45,527 bases of DNA, from positions 46,887,213 to 46,932,739 of the forward strand of contig NC_068990.1 of assembly GCF_001194135.2 (NCBI RefSeq), in the 5' to 3' direction. Shown here one piece after another: positions 11,587 to 22,830 of this stretch (position 1 is the stretch's first letter; every line of letters starts with the position of its first letter). The DNA is from Octopus bimaculoides. Lineage: Eukaryota. The notes under the pieces were generated by a model. That model had not been told where the DNA came from, made no database searches, and worked only from the letters and a program-made list of their open reading frames with translations. Position numbers and translations under genes: made by a program.

Positions 11587-11904
11587 GATGACTGGCAGTC
11601 CGTGGGTTACGACGACAAGGGTTCTGGTTGATACGAACAATGGAACAGACTGCTCGGGAATTTAACATGCAAGTGGTTGAGCACTACACAGACACGCGTA
11701 CTCTTAACGTAATTCTTAGGGAGATTCAGCATGAAACAGAGTATGACAAAGCTGGCCCTTTGAATTACCGGTACAACTCATTTTTGCCAGCTGGACTGAA
11801 ATAACGTGAAATAAAGTGTCTTCCTCGATAACAAAACGCGCCGCCGGGAATCGAACCCACGATTGTAAGCCGAATATCCGAACCACTAAGCCGTGCACTT
11901 TCAC
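11587..11904 (-). mobile_element. tRNA-derived SINE, family C (shares 3' tail with family B)
   Basis: Minus-strand head GCACGGCTTAGTGGTT...GGGTTCGATTCCCGG. 11590-11778 aligns with 10349-10530; the central domain differs. Confidence 0.85.
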
Positions 11905-12922
11905 ACTGAAATAGATAGAAGATACATTACAACCACACTTAACACCACCAAATTTTCTGACCTGATATCTCACACCCGAATAAACAATTTTCATCCCCCA
12001 TGAGGGTTGCTAACGCCTAAACATGTTCCAGATTAGGATAACTTGTAAGAGATGCAGTAAATGACAGTGAATGCATATCCATGTTAAGCAGATTTTAAAA
12101 ATAATCAATTTTGAAATGTTAGATAATAAAACATTAGAAAATACTGATGTCTTCCATAAAATTGCATATGTGTAACACAAGAAGATTATCGGAGATATGT
12201 TGTTAAAATGTAAATTCTATCTTCGATGGACAAGCAGCGAGCAACATGCTACATTTGAAGACTTATAAAAATAATTATCTCACAAATAATCTTTTGAAAT
12301 CTGCCAGCCAAATACATTGGTCAAAGAAGAGAGTGCATACGAAAGCAAATAAGGGAAAGAACTCAATTATACATAATCATATGTATAATTGCGTGAATCT
12401 TGTGTACATGTTTATGCCTATAAGTAGACTCAAACACATAAACAGAGAGAGGGGGGAGTGTGTGTGTGTGAAAGACCGAGCTGAACCGAGAAATAGACAG
12501 ATTCTCAAATTGCCTCATGTATTCTCCCTCCTTTAGGGCCGTCTTAGCAGCATTATAAACCCCCAGGCTCACTAATACATTGTGCTTTATACTATTTATT
12601 CATCATACTAATGTACAGCATACATATATTAGAATTGGGTCTTTAGATCCGCGAGACACCCAGACAACTGCCCAGTATGTCCGTACCTTAACACAGCACT
12701 GCCTTGTTTATTTATTCATGTGTTTCCTCTAAATTCTACTCGGCATAAACCACCGATCCTTCACTAGCCGCACTACCTACCACCCATAATCCCTGATTTT
12801 AGAGGCTTGAAAATGACAATCTCGTTTCTTCTACTGCTAAGGACAGCTATTACACAAATATCTTTGCTTACATTTTTCTTAAGAGACCCAACATTTTAAG
12901 ATGGATATGCAAAGCGTTCTGA

Positions 12923-12924
<2 letters not shown>

Positions 12925-12981
<57 letters not shown>
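12925..12981. repeat. (GT)n microsatellite
   Basis: Direct reading. Confidence 0.95.
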
Positions 12982-12982
<1 letters not shown>

Positions 12983-13159
12983 ATCGAGTTATCTGATAAA
13001 TTCGGTGAGTTTTCGTTGGCACTTCAATGTCATATGTCTGAGAAAAAAAATCAAATTTATTCAAATTTCAAAAACGATAAACAAAAGTTGTAAAGGAAGA
13101 CAAGAGTTACAAAAACAGATAAAGCACTATGATAAAAATATATTACGTGTTAATTCAAA

Positions 13160-13916
13160 CTAACGGGACCCGTGAATATTTCACGGAATTAATTGGAAGC
13201 CTATTGGCTTATTCTTGGAAACTTTATCCAAAAAAACCTGAAAGCGTAGCCTGTATTGTGTCTGTATCAAAAGATAGCCGCTCATCTGCTACTCATTGAA
13301 AAGTGAAAGAAACTGGAATACCTAATACACTTTATATACTTTATGTACAATTTTATAGACTTAATACACAGCACTCATAAAATAAATATTCACTCTTATT
13401 TTTTCATTTTCCTCATAAAGAGAAAAAATTACATTTTAAAATTTACGTATTCACAATTTATATCTCGAAAACAAAAATATAGGAAAAACAAAATTCATTT
13501 TATACGTAAAATATAGGGGTCACAATTTCACGGGGGTAAAAATTTGATGCAACATGGCATACTCTGAAAACCACATTGTTGGTAACCTATAAGCCAAGGC
13601 GATGGATCAGAGCGAAGATACATTTCAATTTGCGTAGACTTTTCAATCCAGTACTTCTTTGCAGACTATGTTCTTTGTGTAAGTTCTCCCTCTTCTTTTC
13701 CTTAGTTTGTCAGTGTTGGTAACTTTAACTCTCACATCAAATAATTTGCGATCCCTTGAGAATGTAACTTTTAGTTGACCATAGCCGAATACAAGTTCAG
13801 GCAAGAACAGCTCCACTTTATCAAATGTCTGCCCTTGTGATTTATTGATAGTCATTGCATATGACAGGTCAACGGGAAACTCGCTTCTTTCTAAAGTGGA
13901 TGGCAAGTTTGGCATT
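13160..13916 (-). mobile_element. Helitron 3' remnant (PIF1-like helicase C-terminus plus terminal hairpin)
   Basis: ORF 13915-13643 reads FPVDLSYAMTINKSQGQTFDKV..L..LVFGYGQLKVTFSR...TKNIVCKEVL. Hairpin CCGTGAA-ATA-TTCACGG (13186-13170) lies upstream of a TTAG|T terminus at 13160 (canonical CTRR|T). Confidence 0.85.
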
Positions 13917-14589
13917 AAGTGATAGGTGATATAAAAAACTTAGTTCAATTAAAAAAAACAATTACTTCTCACTATGCACTCAACATCGCAACCGCCACCA
14001 CCTCCACCACCAACGAAAGCGTTACTATTACGTCCCCTCTACCTCACGTCATGGACGCTTCTCTTACCTTCTTTTTTCTCCCCCACTTTTCTTTCTCCCT
14101 CTTTTTTCTAATCACGTGAAGGCGTGACCGACGGGCTAAGTAACGTAATGACAAGCAAAATTATAAGATAATATTGGAAAGGGTTAAAATAAATGTTTGG
14201 TGTGAAAAATGAAAGAATTTATTTGACAATCCCATACATACCTTCCTGTCATTCCAAATACACTTATAACGTTATATCAACATTTGTTCTATTTTGTATA
14301 ATACTATCCTTTTACAACCAAGTCGTAAATATATTACACTACTACAACTCAAAACAAAAAGAAATTGAATGTAACAGTATATGTATGTTTTAGATGGTAC
14401 GAGATATTTCTTGTACGAGATAATTCTCACAGTTTCAGCATAAAATACAATCTCATATCAAATTACCTTCCCAACAAGTACAGTTGCGATATATTTTGAT
14501 GGTTGCTAATAACACTAGGAGTCACGATCAAATATGTAACTCAAAACGTAAAATTTACTGAGAATAATTAATCTCGTACTGAAGCATAT

Positions 14590-15172
14590 TTCCTTATCAT
14601 CGGTAGGTCTGAGATACCAGGCACTGGCTTTCGTGGCTTCTGATCTTAACTGATTGGAAGTGTTATCATGTACATATTTTATCTTTGTATAAAAGATGGA
14701 CTACGGCAAATATTCTGCTTAATACCACAGATTTGCTTGTCAGTTGTTTGACCTTAACCAGTTGAGCTTGTCCCTTTGTGGCTGATGATATGTGCATTTC
14801 TGATCACAAGCAGAAGTAGTGGGGGAGTACTATAGCATGTGTTGAGATGAATTCTTTAGGGTTTTAATAATTCACCTCTGGAAACATGGGTGTTTCGTTC
14901 AACACTCTTAAATAACCCTTATTCAGGAACCTTTCGAACTGGATGGGCTACTCGACCTGAAGACAATTCTAACTGGGTCTCCACCTGTAAGGTCGTGCGA
15001 TGTTTATCTTGATATGAGATGATCATGTCGCGTACATATGGTTGTGATGCGTGTGCCTGGTGTACCTTATCAGACGAGTAGTCCTGATGGGTATAATGGG
15101 CTTCGTACATTTTACCCCAGTGTCACTTTGCTGATATACACTGCTCTCTCACTCAATGATGATGATGATGAT
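14590..15172 (+). repeat. Non-coding interspersed repeat ending in a (GAT)n tail (probable retroelement 3' region)
   Basis: Resembles an abundant octopus repeat from memory only. Ends CTCTCTCACTCAAT(GAT)n, directly abutting the Dong RT fragment. Confidence 0.4.
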
Positions 15173-17243
15173 AAATAGATCAGCTACTCATCAATAAGAT
15201 GAACTTAGGAGATTGTCACAAACGACACAAAAAATTGTCAATAGGCTAGATAGACTATAAAAAGCTTTTGATAGCCTACCACATAACTGGATTAAGAAAT
15301 GTCTGGAAATGTATAAAATAGCTCCTACTCTGCCAAACATTTTGTCTGTAAGTATGAGATCATGGAGAATCACACTGACTTTGAACAGAGACAATGAATC
15401 TCTAAATGCTGGAGATGTAAGAATTTCATGTGACATTTTCCAGGATGACTCACTATCACCACTCCTCTTTTGTCTAGCCTTAATACCTCTCCTGAAATTG
15501 CTTAATGGCATACAGTACGGTTTTAAAATGTTTGATGAAAATATAAATCATCTCATTTACATAGATCATTTAAAGCTCTTTGCAAAAAATGACCAACAAC
15601 TCAAGGGCTTACTAGCGATTGTTCAGTGATGACATCAGGATGCAATTTGGCCTCGATAAATGTGCAAAAGCTACCTCTATCAAAGGAAAGATGACAGAAA
15701 CATCTAACGTTCACCTTGACCAGAAGAATACCATAAAAGAGTTAGAACCAGCGGAGAACCTCAAATTCCTAGGGATATTTGAAGGGGACGGAATCAAACA
15801 TTCAGTGATAAGGGAAAGGATCAGAAGGGAATGTTATCGCAGAGTGAGAGCAATACTGAAGACAGAGCTGAATGCAAGAAACAGGATCGAAGCGATCAAT
15901 ACTTTAGCCATACCAGTCGTGACTTACAGTTTCAATATCGTCAACTGGTCAATTACTGAAATATGTAATCTTGACAGAAAAATACGAAAATTGTTGACAA
16001 TGCATAGAATGCACCACCCTAAGGCAAATTTAGAACGAATTTATCTGCCAAGAAAAGAAAGAGGCCGTAGACTTTTACAACTGGTATTAACAATGAAAAT
16101 TGCCACAATTGGCCTTGCCACTTACCTGAAAAACTCTGAGAACTGGATGTTAAAACTTGTTTCAGAACATGAAAACAAGGATGCATCATACTCAGTAACA
16201 AAACAGGAAAACGAATATCTAAATGAATTCCAAATACAAATTCCAAATTTTGACGTACCAGAAACAAACTAAGCGCATGAAAACCCATGCTAAAACTGCT
16301 TAGATATTCTTGCTGATAAATGGCAAGAAATACCTCTCAAATGCTGATGTTGACAAAGCCCTTACCCATCAATGGCTAATGGCTTCTGGCTTAAAATCTG
16401 AAACAGAAGAGTTTATCATAGCAGCCCAAGATCAATGCCTACCTACAAGAAACAACCAGTCCAACATATTAAAGAGCGGCAGCTTCCCAGCGTGTCGTGT
16501 ATGTCAACAACAAAATGAAACCATTGATCATGTTGTCTCCATGTGCAGTCTTTTTGAGCCTACAGAGTATCTCAACAGGCATGATACAGCTGCATAATAT
16601 ATTCACTGAGTAATGTGCAAAAACCTGGACCTGCCCCATGATAAAAACTGATGGGAACACAAACCACCCCAATGCTTGAAAATGATCACCTCTCATTCCT
16701 CAGATACTTCACCATTCAAAGTGACAGAAAAATAGATGCAAATAGTCCAGACATTATATTGAAAGACTTCAGACAAAAGTCATGCCTCCTCATTGATATG
16801 ACTGTCCCAATTGATATAAACGTATCTGTCAAGACCTACCAAAAACTGAGCAAGTATAAAGATTTTGAAATAGAAATTAGCAAAATGTGGAACCTGAATA
16901 CTAAAACAATACCTGTTGTCATAGGAATGATAGCAAAAGGACCTGATTGCTACCTAGCTCAGATACCAGGAAACCCTAAAATGGCAGAAATTCAAAAGAT
17001 AGTGTTCATGGGAACTGCCCATATCCTACGTAATCTCAAATTTTAAAACAAACACGTAATTTTCTTATGGTTTCTTAAACATTCTCTAGAACTACACTTT
17101 GTACAAAACTAAATATATGGCACCCTAGGCATAACACCAACATGAACTTCTAACTTGTTGTCTCTTGAGGTCTCTGGGTAAGACTTGGAGCCAACTTGTA
17201 CAAATGTAAAGCATAAAAAACATAAAATAATAATAATAATAAT
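15173..17243 (+). mobile_element. 5'-truncated, frameshifted R4/Dong-clade non-LTR retrotransposon
   Basis: IDYKK(A)FDSLPHNWI, IFQDDSLSPLLFCLALIPL, YIDHLKLF, FGLDKCA, CRVCQQQNETIDHVVSMC (CCHC), PDII..LLIDMTVP..KYKD (restriction-like endonuclease), 3' UTR and (TAA)n tail. Confidence 0.92.
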
Positions 17244-19415
17244 AGAAAAGCGGAAGAGCGCGATGCAGTTGCAAACTATATCTTATTGGTTGAACGATAT
17301 TTCGACAGCAAGCCTGAATAAAAATTCAAAATTATAGAAATTCAAATCTAAAATATTAATGCGATATATCTACAAAAACGAAGGAAGTCACTCACTTTTT
17401 ATCACCTACCCAAAAATGGATTAACCCTAGAAAAACGACTAAAAGTTATAACTTGTCACATGAACATTCGGAACAAATTTTATCACCCAATAGGTTCCAT
17501 ATTTTAAATTAAGATTTCGAGCAAAGCCCCAAAATAGTCAGGAATCTAATGAAAATAAGACTAAAAACTACTTGCCCAAGAAAATCCATCAAACTAGAAA
17601 ATAAGTCGGTCATAAAGTTATCTAAACTAAAACTTTCGCCCGACGATTTCTCTGTCTTGGAGCTTGGACTGCGTTTCTGCCCAAGCACTAAGAATTTTGA
17701 CAAGAATAAACTACTAGCTCAAGGGATATTTCAGTTCCTCTGCCGTCACAAACTGAAGAACTTATTTTTTCAAAAACTGGTAACGAGGAGTCAGAAAGCA
17801 GTATGCTTACTGAAAATAACAATGATGATGATCGAAACTGGCATAATTGGATTGAAAAGAATCCCAATTGGTATCCAGATAAAGTTCGGGATGGACGTTC
17901 ACAAGCACTATTGGAATTTCTTGAATCTTGTCAGACAAGCATTGGGGAAAGCCTTAAAACAAGTGGAAAGAAGTCCTGGAATAACCTCACAAATTCCCAA
18001 CGTTACGCACTCCGACGTCTCGCTAATAACAATTCTATTGTTATTAAAAAAGCGGATCAAGGAGGCGCTATCGCAATTATGGACAAAAGTAAGTATATTT
18101 CGGCTTGTAAAACAGTTTTAGCAGACAAAACTTCATAAGAAGAATTATCTGCCGATCCAAATCCCGATTACAGAGAGAAACTTGACAAAATGATTCTGGA
18201 AATGGAGGAAAACAATTTCATTAATAACGTCGAATTGAGGATATTAGGGTCAGAAAGAACATCTGTATTTTTGGGTCTCCCTAAAATACACAAAATACAC
18301 TAAAATACACAAAACTTTGACATAATGATGTACAAACGCATTTGCATGTTTCCGGTAAGCCCCTGCAGCGGATATGAATATTGTACAGCCAATATTTTGG
18401 AATTGCTGGATGGCTTTCTACTCCCTATTGCAAAAAGTTCAAGTTCTTTTATTGGGGATACTTCTGATTTTCTGTCTAAAATCAACAACTTTTTAAAGCA
18501 CCGAGGCCATGTCGAAAACTGGTTTTTGGTAACCATGAATGTTTCTTCCTTATATCCCAATATTAACCACGATGAAGGGGTGGAAGCATGCATGAATGCC
18601 TTCGAAAAACGGTCAAACAAAGGTATTGCATCAAATCTTCTCTGCAGGTTATTGAGGTTTGTGTTACAAAGTAACACAATGAAATTTCGACAAAAGTTTT
18701 ACCACCAGACGAGGGGTTGCGCCAGGGGTACCTCTATGGCAGTTAATTTTGCTGATGTCTTCATGAAGAAATTCGCATTCAAATCTCTACAGGTTCATGA
18801 ACCAATACTCTGGTTACTTGATGACGTCGTTTTTGTCTGGGAAGGACCACAGGATAGTTTAAATGACTTCTTGCATTTATGTGACTGTTATGCTAAAAAC
18901 TATGGCTTTAAGTCCAACATCAAATTTACGTTTAATTTTTCAAAAACTAACGTTGAGTTTTTGGACACAAAAGTTAAGTTTTCTGAAGGCAGAATAGTGA
19001 CAGAGTTATTTTGCAAGCCCACGTCATCCCACATTTACCTCCACCGTCGCCCTGATCATCCACATCATATAATTCGTTCAAATCCGAAATCCCAATTTTT
19101 TAGGATAAAACGGATTTGTACTGACATAGGGGCTTACCGGAAACATGCAAATGCGTTTGTACATCATTATGTCAAATTTGGTTACAGTGAATCACGATTA
19201 AAGGAAATAGCAAAGAGATAGCGAGGATTAGCAAAGAAAGCCAAACTTTCACGCGTAATTTTAGCAAACACAATGCAATATGTGACAGAATTCCTTTAGT
19301 GATTAACTGTCACTGAAATTTCACTCGTATTTCAAAAGTGTTGCATGAAAGTTACCAACATGTTGCGGGAAAGTATCCTCGTTTCAAACAAATATTTCTT
19401 CAGCTGCCTATAGAC

Positions 19416-19682
19416 CATGCATGGGCAACTTGCGGTCCTCGACATGTTGTTGTGCGGCCCTCGACGAGTTTCTAGGTTGTTAATTCTATTCTAAGAGAAA
19501 TAAAATGTCATACTAAGACAAATAAACTTTCATACTAAGACAAATAAAATTAAGAAGTGCAAAAAATTCAGTGTAAAGTGGGCAAGTAATATTCCATGCA
19601 GATGTGTTTTATCATGCGGCCCTCTCCCACTTGGAAATGGTACGATGCGGGCCCCCAGTTCACAAAATGTTGCCCATCCCTG
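19416..19682. mobile_element. hAT-type MITE nested in the PLE
   Basis: TIRs CATGCATGGGCAAC / GTTGCCCATCCCTG (12/14). Several TGCGG(C/T)CCTC subterminal motifs. Flanks CTATAGAC / CTTTGAAC (5/8). Confidence 0.75.
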
Positions 19683-20401
19683 CTTTGAACGGAATAAAAA
19701 TATAAGAGATCTATTGGCCTCTATTTCTCACTCCAAGAAAACTAACATCGGAGTATCTGCACGCTACACCTTGAATAAAAGCCCTGCTCATTGTGCAACA
19801 ACATGAGGTAAGTGAATTCCATCAAGAATCATAACAGAAATGTTATGATTTATATAGAAGGTGGGACATATAGAGATTCCTATTTGGTGTACGCAACAGA
19901 ATGCGCGAAACACAATTTGATTTATGTTGCTTGTACAACGGAACAACTAAACAAAATACTTAATGGGCACAGATAGGCACAATAACAGTAGTTCGACAGA
20001 ACTTGCCGAACATTTTTGTTTCAAACGGCTGCAATTTTGAAAAAAAAACACTTGAAAGTGCATATTCTCAGAAAATATTCTGAATCTGCTTCCCTTTCAA
20101 TACTCAAAATGCATGAGGAGAAATATGTTTGCAGGTTATTAACATCACACTCTGGAGGAATGAATAAAATGACAGGAGAATATCATCAAATTTATACAAA
20201 ACTGCTTGATTAAATATTCTTCTTTTTCCTTTCCTTTTTTCTTTCCCTTTTCTTTTTCGCTTTTTTCTGTCTCTTTTCGCCAGATATTAAACTAAAACTT
20301 AAAGACTGATAATGTCATTCCAACAACCTGTGGACGCTGGTTGCTGTCGTTAATTCTTTAGATATGAATTTCTATAATTTTGAATTTTTATCACTTTATA
20401 T

Positions 20402-20446
20402 GTTGAACTCGACAAAGACAGGCGTCCTGTTGAAATATCGTTCAAC
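20402..20446 (+). ncRNA. Decayed minimal type I hammerhead ribozyme in the PLE terminal repeat
   Basis: Stem I GTTGAAC/GTTCAAC. Core TCGACAA (canonical CTGANGA). Stem II GACAGG-CGT-CCTGTT. GAAA, palindromic ATAT stem III, and a TC cleavage-site position. Confidence 0.7.
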
Positions 20447-20529
20447 CAATAAAATATCTATTGCAATCGCATCGCGCTCTTCTTGTCTGTTTACCTATGT
20501 GAAGATTTACGTCAATCCTTTTAAAATAT

Positions 20530-20532
20530 AAC

Positions 20533-20573
<41 letters not shown>

Positions 20574-20601
20574 CAACAACAACAATAATAATAATAATAA
20601 T
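20530..20601. repeat. (TAA)n/(CAA)n microsatellite
   Basis: Direct reading. Confidence 0.95.
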
Positions 20602-21310
20602 AGGCCTTCCCGCCAGAAATTACCAAAAACATGTAGTGAAAAGAAATACAAGTAACTGCAGAGTCTGTGGAGATGAACAAGAAACAATAAATAATATTTT
20701 CTCTGGCTGCCTAGTCCTGGCTAAGAAGGAATATATTGACATATACGACAGAGTTAGGACCTATATACACTGGAAACTATGCAAACACTATAGAATAACA
20801 ACAGAAAAAAGATGGTATAGCAACACGCCAGAAAAGTTCACAGAAAATGAGAAAGCAACCATACTTTGAGATATGCCAATTCACACAGACAGTGAAATTA
20901 AGGCCAATAGACCAGAGATCACCAAGGAAAAAATGCTTTCTAATCGATATATCAATACCTACAGATGACAATGTTTCTCTAAAAGAAACGGAGAAACTTC
21001 CAAAACACAAAGATCTAAAATTAGAGGTAACGCGAATGTGGAGTCTAAAAACAGAAACAATTGCTATCATAGTAGGCTCATTAGGTATGATGAAAAAACA
21101 TTCAGATAAATACATAGCATAAACACTAGGACTAACAAGTATATATAACATATAGAAAATAGTACTACTAGGCACTGCACACATCCTATGTAAAACACTT
21201 TCAAAACAGCATCACAGCAAACCACAGTAGATAACCAAGGCACTCAGAGCTGCGCTCAGTTGCAGTGAAAGCACGTGATAAAAATAAGAATACTGAACAA
21301 TAATAATAAT
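20602..21310 (+). mobile_element. R4/Dong 3' fragment, copy 2
   Basis: CRVCGDEQETINNIFSGC, FLIDISIP..KETEKLPKHKDL, GTAHIL, 3' UTR and TAA tail. Confidence 0.9.
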
Positions 21311-21874
21311 GCCGAGTCCTCGCTAAAAAGAATATATCAACAGACATGACAAAGTTGGGACCTATATACACTGGAAGCTATGCCAACACTATGGAGCGAC
21401 AACAGAAATAAGATGGTATAGGTACACCCCAGAAAAGTTCTCAGAAAATGACAAAGCAACCGTACTCTGGGATATGCCAATACACACAGATAGTGAAATC
21501 AAGGCTAATATACTGGATAAAGTTGTCAGAGATCTCACAAAAAAAATGCCTTCTAATCAATGTATCAATACCAAAAGATGACAAGCTATCTGTAAAAGAA
21601 ACGGAGAAACTCTTGAAATTCAAAGATCTAAAAATAGAGGTAACTCGAATCTGGAGCCTAAAAGCAGAAACAATCCCTATAATAATAGATGTATTAGGCA
21701 TGATTAAAAACATTCAGACAATTACATAACCAAAACACCAGGACTTACGAATGTATGTAACATACAGAAAATAGCACTACTGGGCATCGCGCACATCCTA
21801 CGTAAAGCACTTTCAATACAGTGAAAATAAGAACACTGCAACAAACCACAGCACATAACCAAGGCACAAAGAGC
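21311..21874 (+). mobile_element. R4/Dong 3' fragment, copy 3 (tandem to copy 2)
   Basis: Collinear with 20715-21250. LLINVSIPKDDKLSVKETEKLLKFKDL. The 3' UTR stops short. Confidence 0.9.
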
Positions 21875-22155
21875 GGATCTATTTTAAAACGGGGGCCACA
21901 GTTTTCATTAATGTTTTACGTAGTGTTTTTGGTACCGAAAGACTTTCAAACTTCGTATACTTATCTATTTTGTGTTATAGAACAGAAAAATATTTTTGTA
22001 TTCGAATTTATTTCATGTAAAAAATTGTCTTATTTCGATAATTTCAACCAATCACTGACAAGTATTCAGTTGTTTACATTTACTCCTTTGACTGATTAAG
22101 CGGTGTAAAGCGTATTTAATCTCCATAACTTCTGACATTTGCAGAGAGGCAACAC

Positions 22156-22642
22156 NNNNNNNNNNNNNNNNNNNNNNNNNNNNNNNNNNNNNNNNNNNNN
22201 NNNNNNNNNNNNNNNNNNNNNNNNNNNNNNNNNNNNNNNNNNNNNNNNNNNNNNNNNNNNNNNNNNNNNNNNNNNNNNNNNNNNNNNNNNNNNNNNNNNN
22301 NNNNNNNNNNNNNNNNNNNNNNNNNNNNNNNNNNNNNNNNNNNNNNNNNNNNNNNNNNNNNNNNNNNNNNNNNNNNNNNNNNNNNNNNNNNNNNNNNNNN
22401 NNNNNNNNNNNNNNNNNNNNNNNNNNNNNNNNNNNNNNNNNNNNNNNNNNNNNNNNNNNNNNNNNNNNNNNNNNNNNNNNNNNNNNNNNNNNNNNNNNNN
22501 NNNNNNNNNNNNNNNNNNNNNNNNNNNNNNNNNNNNNNNNNNNNNNNNNNNNNNNNNNNNNNNNNNNNNNNNNNNNNNNNNNNNNNNNNNNNNNNNNNNN
22601 NNNNNNNNNNNNNNNNNNNNNNNNNNNNNNNNNNNNNNNNNN
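22156..22642. other. Assembly gap
   Basis: N run. Confidence 0.99.
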
Positions 22643-22667
22643 GCACGTGATAAAAATAAGACTACTA
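22643..22667 (+). mobile_element. Extreme 3' terminus of a copy 2/3-type Dong element
   Basis: GCACGTGATAAAAATAAGACTACT matches 21270-21293. Confidence 0.7.
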
Positions 22668-22668
22668 A

Positions 22669-22708
<40 letters not shown>

Positions 22709-22830
22709 CGACGGACGATGGTGGTAGTGGTGGTGGTGGTGGTGGTAGTGGTGGTGGTGGTGGTGGTGGTGGTGGTGGTGTTGGTGGTGGTGGTGATGAT
22801 GATGATGAAGCTGATAATGATGATGATGAA
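22668..22830. repeat. (GAT)n(GAC)n(GGT)n compound trinucleotide array
   Basis: Direct reading. Confidence 0.95.

Larger units (their letters stand above)
17253..20490 (+). mobile_element. Decayed near full-length Penelope-like element (RT plus GIY-YIG) with inverted terminal repeat
   Basis: VIKLSKLKLS..LELGLRFCP; NLT..Q..AL..L.NN.SIVIKKADQGGAIAIMD; FLGLPKIHK; FIGDTSDFL; NVSSLYPNI; FYHQTRGCARGT; LLDDV; EFLD; LFCKPT; SQFFRIKRIC. GIY-YIG-like YLVYATECAKHNLIYVACTTEQLNKILNGHR and E.KYVCRLLTSHSGGMN at ~19880-20213. 17253-17360 is an inverted copy of 20350-20482. Confidence 0.9.

Noticed and set aside
14121-14141. Possible second Helitron 3' end (CGTGACCGACGGG-CTAAGT)
   Set aside because: Stem of only 3 bp and a non-canonical terminus.
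20602-21874. Repeat-spacer (CRISPR-like) or novel tandem gene array
   Set aside because: Explained by tandem Dong 3' fragments in a eukaryotic context; no regular repeat-spacer periodicity.
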